Shown here piece after piece: positions 37,767 through 49,226 of a DNA stretch of 64,000 bases. The translations under genes and the position numbers were made by a program. Location: contig ML978133.1 of assembly GCA_010015805.1 (NCBI GenBank), positions 186,001-250,000 of the forward strand. The letters are read 5' to 3'. Source of the stretch: Rhizodiscina lignyota (Eukaryota). The notes under the pieces were generated by a model. It saw nothing but the letters and a program-made list of their open reading frames with translations, was not told where the DNA came from and searched no databases. The first letter of the stretch is position 1; the number at the start of each line of letters is the position of its first letter.

Positions 37767-39784
37767 TCAATCCCTCAACAACGCCCCAAAACTCGCCGCC
37801 CTAGCCCTCCTCCTCGCCTCCCCCTTCCCACACCCCTTCTTCCCACCACCCGCGCCCCACTCCTTCCCCTCCATCCCCGGCGTCGCCGGATCAAACGGCT
37901 TTCTCCGCCGCACAACCTGATACCCGCGATCCAGCTCGACCTCCACGGCGCAGCGCACCTTCAGCGCCCCGATAGCCGGCCACACGGACCGCTCGCCGCG
38001 CAGGATCCACGCGTTCACGCTCTGGGGCGTCGGGCTCTCGAGCAGGCGCGCCAGGTCCGCGAGGCTCAGCTCCGGCACCAGCGTCACGCTCGCGCCGGGG
38101 ATGTTCTCGTCGAGCAGGAAACGGCGCGCCACGCTGGGGAGGAGAGAGAGTTGGTCGAGTTGCAGGAGGCGGTGCTGCAGCTCCATCATCGCGAGTCTGA
38201 GCAGCGGGAGCGTGAGCAGTGTGAAGCGGCTGTCTGTGCGCGGGTTCGGGTGGTGGGTGTCGGAGCGCAGGAAAGGGGCGAGGTAGGGCCGGGCTTGTGA
38301 GACGATGAAGTGGTTTACGTTGAAGAGCTCCGCGATGCGGGTGAGTGGGGAGGGGTGCTGGGAGTCGATGGTTGCGGCGGTGGAGAAGGAGCGCGCGCCG
38401 GCGGAGGCGCTGGAGATGGGGGAGGAGGGGACAGAGTCGGTGGAGGGGGTAGTCCACGGGGTTATGCTGCCGTCGGGGGATTTGCATTGGAGGGTTACGG
38501 GGGCGTAGAAGGTGGATGATGTTGCGTTGGAGGCGAGGGCAGCAGACCAGATTAGCTGTTTAAAGGATTAGCATGTTGGATGAGATTGTGAGAGAAGTGA
38601 CATACCACGTTTGGAGCGGTCAGATAGTTGAGCAAGCTCGGTATACCTGTATTGCCCGTCGTGCTGATAGTGATATTGAGCACGCGCTTCGTCTTCGCAT
38701 AAGCCTCCTCGAACGTCAAGTCGCCGACATTCGCCCGTACGCATCTTTCGAGGACACCGATGTCGAGAAAATAGCCCTCGTTGATGAGTCTGCGCGACCT
38801 CCGCAGAAGCGTAGCGATATAACCTGTATCCTTCGGCGTCGGCGCACCGTTCGCCTTGTCCTTCTCGCTCTCGGCGTCCTCTGAGAATGCACTCAGGTCG
38901 ATCGCCTCGCCAGTCAAAGAGTCGAGTAACTCGTCCTCCGTCTTCACGCCCACCAGCGCCGCAATGAGTGCTCCAGTCGCCGTCCCAGCAATGATTCTCG
39001 GCAGCAGCCCGCGCAAATGCAACGCCTTCACCACCCCCAAATGGCACAGCCCAAATATCGCACCGCCCTGCAGCACCAGCGCGCTCCGTCCAAATGCCTG
39101 CCTTGTATCATGCAGCACATCCAGTTTCGCCTGATTCGTCAGGCCGCCGTCCAAGCCCGGGGACGTCGGGTATGCAGTGACATGCTCGACTGCCAAGGCG
39201 ACTTGTGTGATGTAGTCTTCGATCAGGAGCTTCGTGCCTGCGAAGGCGCGGTTGAACAGTCGCGGCGCTGTGATGTTGCCTAAATTACGCACGAGGCCGG
39301 AGCGCAGCAGGTTCACGAGGGAGAGGATGTCATCTTCTTCGCGCGCTTCGATGATGGCTTGGAGGCGCTCGTAGATGAGACGGTAGTCATAGTGCTTGCT
39401 CGTTGGGTTTTGGCGCCTGCGTTCACCTTCATGTTAGGTATGTGCCATCCTGAGGGGGAGATGATATTGCCTTACCATAGGTCAAATCCAAGCACCTCGT
39501 CCAGTTGAAACGCGGCGGCTTCCCATTCTTCGAAGATACGCGCCTCGCCCAGCGCCTCGAGCAGGAGGTCCTTCGGGAGCCGCTGGGTCCACCAGTTGTA
39601 CAAGCGCTGCATCCGTCAGACCCGTCCAACATCTGTATCGAGCGCGAAAATCAGGTCACCAAAGCGAAAAGCGCGTACTGGGGGGCGCAAGGGTAGGACG
39701 TACCAACCACCAGAAGAAGAAGACGTCAAAGAGGAGAGTTGCGACGGATTTCAGCAGCGCGACGACGTTGTACTTCTGGAACAT
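37767..39784 (-). CDS. Patatin-like phospholipase / TGL-family triacylglycerol lipase homologue
   Basis: N-terminal TM segment, DUF3336-like region (YDYRLIYERL, LRSGLVRNLG), FGRSALVLQGGAIFGLCHLGVVKAL, LTFEEAY, LNYLTAPNV|LIWSAALAS and ELFNVNHFIVSQ. Three introns. Confidence 0.88.
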
Positions 39785-41249
39785 TGATGAACGTGTGGCC
39801 CCAAGAGAGTGACCATGGTTGGGGCTAAGAAGCTTGATGAGAGCACGAGGGAGCACGAGGGAGGGAGGGGAACGTGGCTTGTCGTGTACATGGCGTGCAG
39901 TCGACTTTCACATGAAGATCCGGGGAAGCTGCTCGCACGGACCACCAGTGACTTCGAACGTCATTCCGCAGCTTGCCAGCTCCAGACAGCTGTCTCAATT
40001 GGTTCAATTTTGGTAAATCGATGCTCTGATGGTACAATTGGAATGATATGGTGAAGCAGTTGGCGTAATATAATAACAGCAGTGCTCGGACTATACTAAG
40101 CACGTTATCAAAGCGCAATGCCAGGTGAGAACAGCTTCGAAGCACCCAATGTCCACCCGGTTTAACAGAGTATCAAAGGGTCTTCTCTCTGGCTATGCCC
40201 ACCGCCGTCTCATCCTCTTCATGCTCTTCTCACCGATCTAATTCATGATGTTGTCCCTTCTTTATTCTCCTCCATCAGTCCTCCGCCTTTCTCTCCCCAT
40301 GTAACATTAACCTCCGAGATCCCGCCCTCACGCTACGGCTCCGATCCACAAGGATGGCTTAATGGTCTCGAATTCCCAGGGCCGCAGTATGCTAGAGACA
40401 TAGTCAGCTTCACCGCGCTCGACACCGAGGAGCCGTTCTTCCGGAAATGTAACATCCGCGTGAAGAAAGGGTCTATCGGATTGTTGAATCTCGCTGCAGA
40501 GGCGAGAAGCGTAGGGGTCCTGGGGAGGAAAGATGGCGGCCAGGAAGTCGTCTGGTGGTTAGAGCAGAGCTACAGGCCGCATTGTAGCTTGATGTAGTAA
40601 GTCACTCATCGCGGCGAATGTACCAAGGAGTTAGTTTCCAGCGAGCGGACAGACTGCGGAGCCACCCTATTAAAGTTACATTCGAGGTAGTTCAGGGGCA
40701 GCTTACCTGGCCCGTCTTAGAAGATTTGCTTCTTGTCATTAAGGAGAAGGGACCTCGATACAGATCTTACACCCCTGTGATGAGTCTGTATTCGAGGTGA
40801 TTAGGAGGTAGCTTGCGCAGCCTGCCTTAGAAGGTTTACTCTTCGATGTCACGGAAAACGGATGCCGTCGCAGGGTCTCGTTCGCTCACCGGAAACTAGC
40901 TCCTTCGCAGCGTATGTCATAGCTAGAGGCTAACAGAGATTTAGTGGTGACATTTCGATTGGCGAGGAGAAGAGACAAGAGGTAGAGAAGACGATCAAAG
41001 AAAGGGGCATAAGTTTTGACGGAGACGAGATGGGAGGGTGGACGGGCGGTCAGGTGTGGCTTGTTCCAACGGACAGGCCAATCGAAGAATGGAAGCCTAT
41101 TGCAGTCAGAGACTTACCCAGTTAACTGAACTGCTGCTGTCAGGCCGAGTTTTATTCTTCGGCCCAGATGAGAGCATCTCTGGAAGCCGTTACTATACGA
41201 TCGAGTTGTGCTCTTCTACACATCTGATAGCATCTGTGAAAGTTCAGTA

Positions 41250-41860
41250 TACTATACTTCAGCTGTAGTATTGCTGACTCACACGGCCTCGAGGAGTTTA
41301 GCATGTTTATGAGAGATAGAAAGGCTGATATCTCTGATAAAGGTTGTAACGGCAAAGCAATCACGCTGTTTGCTCTTCAATACAAGCGAGAGCATTGCCA
41401 AAAGCTTCATGTGATATAACATATCTGCTAATGTTGTTGAAGTTTTCCTTCAACAGACCTCATCTATGCTAATCGAAAAGGGTTGTGCAAACGCAACAGA
41501 GAACAGAAAGAAATCGTCCCAGTTAGATACCAAATTGCAACTCGTACAAGTTTGCCATGAGTCATGACTTTAATAGCATTTGCTATTACATTATAGCTGC
41601 TTGCTAGGAGCTTCACTCGGCCTACTTTAGCAAGGAGCTTAAGTCATCTCGTAGAAGAGATAGAAAAGCTGGCCTCTACTAAAGGCTGAAAGGGCACAGA
41701 ATTCACGAAGTTCGTTCTTCAATACGGACGGGGGCACTGCCGAAAGCTTGATGTGATATAATATATTTGCTGCTGCTGTTGATGCAGCCGTCGTTCGAAA
41801 CTTGCTCTATCTTAACCAAAGAGGGTGCGCAGACCCAACAGAACGCACCGAGAAATCAGA
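41250..41860. repeat. Degenerate direct duplication (~270 bp, period ~340 bp) downstream of GLE1
   Basis: For example, TCTTCAATACAAGCGAGAGCATTGCCAAAAGCTTCATGTGATATAA (41374-) versus TCTTCAATACGGACGGGGGCACTGCCGAAAGCTTGATGTGATATAA (41716-). GAGATAGAAA and AGAAATC anchors are also shared. Confidence 0.75.
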
Positions 41861-43430
41861 CGAAACGAAGATTCAGCTTCTTCGCGTACAGATCTGCCAT
41901 CACCTTGATGGACATTGCCGCGACGTTGTTGCTGCTCGCCGGAAACTCCACAACCGCCCTCTTCAACAGCAATATGCCTATATTGCCGTACTCTTCGATG
42001 AATTTCGCCGCGTATGCAGGATCCAATAGTGCTTTAAGCACGATGAACAGCGTGTCGGTAATCGCCGCCGGTGGAGTGTTGACGATCCTAGCCAACGCGC
42101 TCCAGTAGAGGGATGAGGGGAAAGGGTTCTTGGACCTCAGGCCCGGGGGGTACTTGCGCAGAGTGGTGGCGGCGAAACCGGCAGCGAGGCCAGTCATCTT
42201 CTCAGCGTACTCTGAGGTGAAGCCTTTCGGGAGGATGTCGTAGATGCCGAACAGGGCGGGACATTCGTGATGGTACTTTGCGAGGTGGATGTCGGCAAGG
42301 TGTAGCTGGCCAGCTACTTGAATGAGATTGTGTCCGAAGATGGAAGTCACCAAGAGTCCTAGTGGCTCAGCTTTTGTGGGCTTGATGCCAGCGTCCTCGA
42401 CCATCTGACTCATGGCGCTTTTCGAGACCTGGTTGAGGAGATAGATGAAGAGGCCAGAGACTTGCGCCTTGTCGTCTGGGTATTGGCCTTGGTGTGCCGG
42501 AATGACGAAGTGGCGGATGTCCACGTAGTGTTGGTCCGTTTGCAGAGCCTGCTGGAGCACAGCGCGAATTTCCTTAATCTAGAGTTTAGGTTAGTGTTTA
42601 GTATGTTCTGTGTCGAGTCGCTTGAGACTCACCCTATCAAGATTGCCCTCCTTGATCTCTTTGGAAGTGCCATCGATCATCTGACCAACTTTTGCCCGAA
42701 TGAACCTTCTAGCATCGCCCATCCACTGCTTGAAGGCCTGGTCCCGCTTGGCGAACTCGGCCATACTCTTGCGAAGCTCCTTCAACTGCTTGTGCAACGC
42801 CAAATACTGCACATGTTGAGTTTTCCTAGCTCGTAGTAAGGTAGTAATGTTGGCTTCAGTGGGTGCGGGTACTTGCTGTGTGTGAACACCAGTAGGGTTA
42901 GTGGCGCGTCGATTCTGAGCAGCATCCTTCTCCGCCTTATCCTTGGCAGCTTGTGCCCGAGTAGCTGCCAGCTCAGCTGCACGGCGTTCATCTTCCTGCT
43001 TTTGTCTCTTCTGTCGCTCTTGCTCCTCGCGCTGTGCGCGCTCCAGGACCCTGCGCTCCTCGTCCAGACGGCGACGTCGCTCAAGATCTTCATGTTCGCG
43101 CTGAATTCGCTCACGCTCCTGCTGTTCCTTATCAAACTCGGCTTGTCTCTGCCTTGCGGCAAGCTCGGCCTTGACCTGCTCGAGGCGGAGTTGTTCTTCT
43201 TGCTCGGCCCTTTGTCGCTCTTGTTCTCGCTGGAGGCGGAAGAGCTCCCTCGTCCTCTCGGCATTCAGTCGAATTCGCTTGTGTGCGGCAGAAGCATTGG
43301 CGATAAGCTCTCGGTGGGTACGCTCCTTCTCCTCGAGGGCTTCGTCGAGCTTCCTCTTGGTACTGCGCTCGCGGTCTCGGTGGAGCAGATGAAGATCCTC
43401 CAGCTGCTCCTGCGAAGCAGACGCAGGCAT
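41856..43430 (-). CDS. GLE1: mRNA export factor GLE1
   Basis: N-terminal R/E/Q coiled coil, then after an intron (~42631-42580) the GLE1-like domain YLLNQVSKSAMSQ..AEPLG..AKYHHECPALFG..YAEKMTGLAAGFAA..NPFPSSLYWSALARIVN. Confidence 0.82.
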
Positions 43431-45009
43431 GGTGACAAAAGTCATGAACGAAAAGAAGGTTGTATGTAACAGGCGGCCTTCAGGATGGTCGGTGTTGTTG
43501 AAGGTGGTGAGAGGAAGGTTGTGGATTGAAGGTTGGGAAGTGCGGGCGCGAGGTGTTGGATGGAGTTCGACGCGACCATTGAGCTGCAGCTGTCCTATTG
43601 TGGAACAATTGAGCGATGACATAAGCAGCGGCGGAAGGTGCCGAGCATGAACAATGGACTCGCACTCACACACTCACGTGCCCCACAAAACTGCCAGGCT
43701 GCTGCGGTGCGCACCCCTGCCCGCCCGCTCGGCCCGCTGGGAGCGCCAAGGGTGGCGCGCCCCAGAAAATAGCGGGCGCCGACTTGTTAGGAAACACACG
43801 AGAGAGATCGAGCGATGCATCCAGCACCACCGATGCACACAGCACGAATGTTGTCCCGGCCAAGCTACGATGTATCTTACATGCGAGAGCACTCCCTGCT
43901 TCCCCGATGCGTACGCTGCTGCCAGCCCGCCCAAAGCGGATTGAGCAGCTAAGCGATACATGCTTCTTACCAAAGATCAAGCAGGAGGCAATAGGCATGC
44001 TTAGCCGGCAATCTGGTTTATTTGCTTAGAATAGCTGAGTGGGCCGAGTGGAGCGGATGTTCCATTGTCCTCTCGGTGCTCGTGCGAGCAGTTGTTGCAC
44101 TCTGAGACCCCGGGGTGCGTGGAGTGCCTGTGAGAAAGCGCCCGAAACGTGCCAGAGGGAGGCGAGGCAGAATCGCGCAGAAGTGCCAGAACGCAGCGCA
44201 ATTCTCTCAGCTGCAGCCGGTGGAAGCCGCCGAGTCGCCCTCGAATTCACGCTCGAATTGACCCCGGCCCTGCACTCGCTTTGGCTGGCGTGCGCGGCTG
44301 CTCTGCGTGCTGCGCTTGTCGAGCTAGCGCACACTGCTCCTCACGCTGACCTCCCACAATCACTTCCGCCTTCGTTCCACTTCCACTTGCTCTCCCATCG
44401 CAACTCACCACCACCCCCCCCATCCACCTTCCTTTGCAGCCCGCTCTTCTCGCCACTTCCCGTCACTCTCTCCCTTCTCTCACTCTCTGCAATCTTGCTT
44501 TACACCACGGCGCCTGCCCATTGCTCGACTCGCTACTGTTTTTGTCCGCGGTCGGGGCAGCAACGTCATCCGCTCACAGGCAAGCCTTCTGCCGGCCACG
44601 CCCAGTCCTTATCAACCAAGCACCATCGCAACGCAAGCCTCTGCAACACAGTCTCTCAGAGCACCGCGCAGCACGCACGTCTCGCAAACTCGCTCTGTTG
44701 CTTTTCCAAGAGCTTCTGCAAGCCAGCTGCACCCAGCACGCCTCTTCCGCTCAGCAGCGGCTGAACGCACCTCGAGCCGTCCTCGAGAATCGAGCTCTTC
44801 ACACTCTAGCTTCCAGCATAATTGCAACACTGGCAGTGAGCACCTCCAATCTCAATACACTGCCGCCTTCACCACTGACATCGCCTGCCCCGCAGATTCT
44901 CTTCGCTGATTAAGCCGTCTTCGCCAGTCAACCTCTGGCACGTTTTCTCTTCGACCGTCACGCCGCAGCCAAACGCGGAGTCTACGGAGAATATTTAGCA
45001 CCACCAGAC

Positions 45010-48000
45010 ATGGATCAACAAGGTCAACAGGGTGCCATGGGCCCAGGCGGTCGCAAATTCCACATTGCGCACCGCCGCAGTCCGTCCGAGCTCACTCCCT
45101 TAATGAGTATGTCATATGCCGTATCACTTGAAGTGGGACACCCCTCTCCTCTAAGAAACATGCTAAACTCTCACAGTGGAACAGCTCGCCCTTGCCCAGC
45201 AAATCGAGATGCTCCAACAGCAGCAGCAGCAGATCGCTGCCACGCACCAGCACTATGTCAACATGGGCATGATGCCTCCACAGCAAATGTCCGGCGCAGG
45301 CGGATATCCTGTCCAAGGACAGGTAGCAAACATGTCTCCTCACGCAAACACCTTCCAGTTCCCTCAGCAGATGCCACAGCAGCAGCATCTTAACATCCCC
45401 GTCAATTCGCCACAGCAGTCATCCGCCCACCGACGCAATCAATCGGCCGTGGCAGGCATGGGTACAATGGGACCACCACCCGCTCCTTCCTCCGGTGCAT
45501 CTGGGTTTGGAGAATTCAACAATGGCAATCAAAGCCGAGAGAACGTTAACCCTCGTGGTAGGGGTGGTGGCGCTGCAGGTAGTGGACATGCGAGGCGCCA
45601 CTCTCTGGCACTTCCAGAGGCTAAGAAGGCCGCCGAACTTGCCGAGCAGAAGCGAAAGGCTTCTGGATTTCAATTCCCTCAAGTCCCGGCCTCCGCTACC
45701 GAGGGCCCTACTGGAGGACTGTCTGCATCACCTACAAGTGCCGTGGCGACACCCACCCGTGGCGGCCGCGGCGGAGGAGGACATGGCAGAAGCCAGAGCG
45801 TTGCTGTTAGCAACGGTCGTGGTCGTGGAGGCGGTAACTTTCAGTTCCCTACCGGTCAAGGTGGTAACGATGGCACTGGCAATCATACTGGCGGAGGCGA
45901 CTTCCAGCGCCGTGGCAGTCAAGGACACGGTCGATCCGGTTCACGAAACTTCGAGGGCAACTGGCGCCAGCAGAACAACCAGCAGCAGGGATCTCAAGAG
46001 ACTCATTCACAGAGCATGGGTAACTTCAACATGAACCAGGCAGCTAACGCGCCTTCCTTCCAGCCGGGACACCGTAACCGCGGATCTGTCAGCGGTCAGT
46101 CAATTGGTTCTTTCGGAAACTTCCAATACCCCGGTGCACAGCCTCAAGTTCTCCAGCTCCCACAAGGCCAAGTCCTTGTCCAACCAAATCTATTCGCGGG
46201 ACAGGGCATGAACCCTCTTCAGCTCGCCCAACTTCAGGCATTGCAGGCCGCACAGTTGAATGGCCAAGGTATTGGCGGGTTGGCCGGAAGCCAGCATGCG
46301 CCGCAGCAAATGTCTATGCAACAACAGCAGCAGCAGCGCAAGACTCTCTTCACCCCTTACCTTCCTCAGGCTACATTGCCAGCATTGTTGAGCGATGGCC
46401 AACTCGTGGCCGGTATCCTGCGAGTCAACAAGAAGAACCGAAGCGATGCATATGTCACGACTACTGATCTCGATGCCGATATCTTCATTTGCGGTAGCAA
46501 GGATAGAAACCGAGCTTTGGAGGGCGATCTTGTGGCTATCGAGCTGCTCGATGTGGACGAAGTTTGGGGCCAGAAGCGTGAGAAAGAGGAAAAGAAGAAA
46601 CGCAAGGATAACACCGATCCTCGTGGCAGCAGCATCGCCGTCAACGATGCAACCACCCAGCCCGAGTCTTCCGCAGCTGAAGGAGGTATTCGCCGTCGCG
46701 GCAGTCTCCGTCAGCGTCCGACACAGAAGAAGAATGACGACGTCGAAGTTGAGGGCCAGAGTCTCTTGCTCATGGAAGAGGAAGAGATCAATGATGAACA
46801 GAAGCCTCTCTACGCTGGCCATGTTGTCGCTGTCATTGAGCGTGTCGCTGGACAAATGTTTTCCGGAACCCTCGGACTTCTGCGCCCAAGCAGTCAAGCC
46901 ACGAAGGAGAAGCAGGAGGCTGAACGCCAGGCTCGTGAAGGTGCCTCTGGCCAGAGGCAGCCGGACCGCCAGCCAGACAAGCCAAAGATTGTGTGGTTCA
47001 AGCCTACCGACAAGCGCGTTCCGCTTATTGCGATCCCGACTGAGCAGGCTCCTCGCGACTTTGTTGAGAGGCACCAAGACTACGCGAACAGGATCTTTGT
47101 CGCATGCATCAAGCGATGGCCCATCACTTCCCTTCACCCATTCGGCACCCTTGTTGAACAGCTGGGTGAAATGGGTGACCTCAAGGTCGAGACTGACGCG
47201 CTCTTGCGCGACAACAACTTTGGCCCAGATGACTTCTCCGATGCCGTCCTGAAGAACGTCGGATTTGAAGACTGGTCGGTCACAAATGACGGCGAGGCTG
47301 CCCTCGAAAACCGCCGTGACTTCCGCGACGAGAAGACGTTCACAATCGACCCCAACGGAAGCAAGGAGCTCGATGACGCTGTCCACTTCAAGGCGCTGTC
47401 TAACGGCAAGGTTGAGATTGGCGTGCACGTCGCTGATGTCGCCCACTTCATCAAGGGCAACTCTCTTGTCGACCGCGAGGCCAAGAAGCGTGGTACTGCT
47501 GTGTACCTCATGAACCGCACCGTCAACATGTTGCCTCCTCGTCTGTCGACTGACATCTGCTGCTTGAGCCCTGGCGAAGAGCGCTATACCGTCTCGATTG
47601 TCTTCACTGTGGATGGCCAGTCTGGTCAAGTGCTTGAAGACGAGACATGGATTGGCAAGGGTGTCATCAAGAGCTCTGGCAAGCTGACTTATGACCAAGT
47701 GGATGCTGTTCTTGGAGGTCGTGGCAATGGGGATCTTTCTGACGAGCAAGTTCAAGTCATTAAGACGCTCAATGCCATCACCCAGAAGTTCCGCCAAGCT
47801 AGATATGGCGATCGTGAAGGAGACATCACTTCTCTTCGCTTGCTGTACCAGCTCGATGATGAGAATGTTCCGGTCGAGCACAACATCTTCGACTCGTCTC
47901 CAGCACATGAGCTTATCGAGGAGCTGAGCCACAAGGCAAACATGTATGTTGCGCAGAAGCTTGTGGCAGGCTTGCCTGAGAAAGCACTGCTTCGTCGCCA

Positions 48001-49226
48001 TGCTTCGCCCAATCCGCGTCGTCTCCAGACGTTTGCCGAGAGGATGAACAACATTGGCTTCGAAATCGATACGACTAGCAGTGGCACTCTCCAGGGCAGC
48101 TTGTTCGGGGTCGAAGACCCCGATCTCCGCAAGGGTATGGAAACTTTGCTCGTCAAAGCCATGCAGCGCGCCAAGTATATTGTTGCTGGCAAGAGCATTG
48201 AGCAGCAGTATGCTCATTTTGCCCTCAATCTCCCGGTGTACACGCACTTTACGAACCCATCCCGTCGCTACGCAGATATCATCGTCCATCGCCAGCTCGA
48301 GGCTGTCCTTTCGAACGGAGCGACTGAGTTCAACGATGATGCTGAGTCCTTGGCCAAGACGGCTGAAATGTGCAACACGAAGAAGGATTCTGCGCACAGC
48401 GCTCAGGAGCAGAGCGTGCACATCGAGGCGTGCCGTGAGATGGACAAGAAGCGCCAGGAGCTTGGCGGCGACCTTATCAGCGAGGGTATCGTTCTCTGCG
48501 TGTACGAATCAGCATTCGACATTCTTATCCCGGAGTATGGCTTCGAGAAGCGTGTGCACTGCGATCAGCTCCCGCTCAAGAAGGCTGAGTTCGACAAGCA
48601 CACTAGGCTCTTGGAACTTTACTGGGAGAAGGGCGTGCCATCTTCTGCATACATTCCCGAGGACGAGCGTCCTCAGTCCGGATCTATCCGTGGCAGCAAC
48701 AATGCCGGAGCTGCTCGCGATGCTGAAGCGGCTAAGCAGCGCGCCAAGGAAGAGGAGGCGACCCGCCGCCAGATGGACACGGGAACGATGTCGACTGACG
48801 AGGAGGCTGCTCTCTTCGACGATGATGAGGACGCAGCCTCTGAGCTCGCAGACATGACTGCCGGCGTGTCGCTCAACCCCGACCGCCCGACCCAGAGCAT
48901 GCCTCCATCGCCAACCCGCAACGGCTTGTCTTCCAGCCAGGCCCCGCACCGCACCAAGTCGGACTCCAAGCTAGCGCACAGCGCGACCGATGCTCCCGAG
49001 AGCAAGCTGAGCAACAAGGAGAAGTACCTCAGCCTCTTCTCGCTGCGTGAGCAGAATGGCGACTACATCCAGGACGTGAGGGAGATGACTCGCGTGCCGG
49101 TTATCCTGAAGACGGACTTGACCAAGAGCCCTCCGTAAGTGTTCCACTCTACTGATGAATTGACATTGATGCTAACTGTGCATTAGATGCTTGACCATTC
49201 GCTCTCTCAACCCATACGCGTTGTAG
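45010..49226 (+). CDS. SSD1: SSD1/GUL-1 RNB-family RNA-binding protein
   Basis: HIAHRRSPSELTPL, multiple HxRxxS (Cbk1/Cot-1-type) sites, RKTLFTPYLPQ, GILRVNKKNRSDAY, ICGSKDRNRALEGD, IKRWPITSLHPFG and YTHFTNPSRRYADIIVHRQL. Introns at ~45107-45176 and 49135-49187. Confidence 0.95.

Noticed and set aside
36700..38520. GC-rich block across the POL4 and patatin 3' ends suggesting horizontal transfer
   Set aside because: It lies within ordinary intron-containing fungal genes and is explained by third-position codon bias.
40300..40800. Short open frames between the patatin gene and GLE1
   Set aside because: No start/splice model or family motif identified.
46190..48421. 743-aa minus-strand ORF
   Set aside because: Antisense shadow of codon-biased SSD1.
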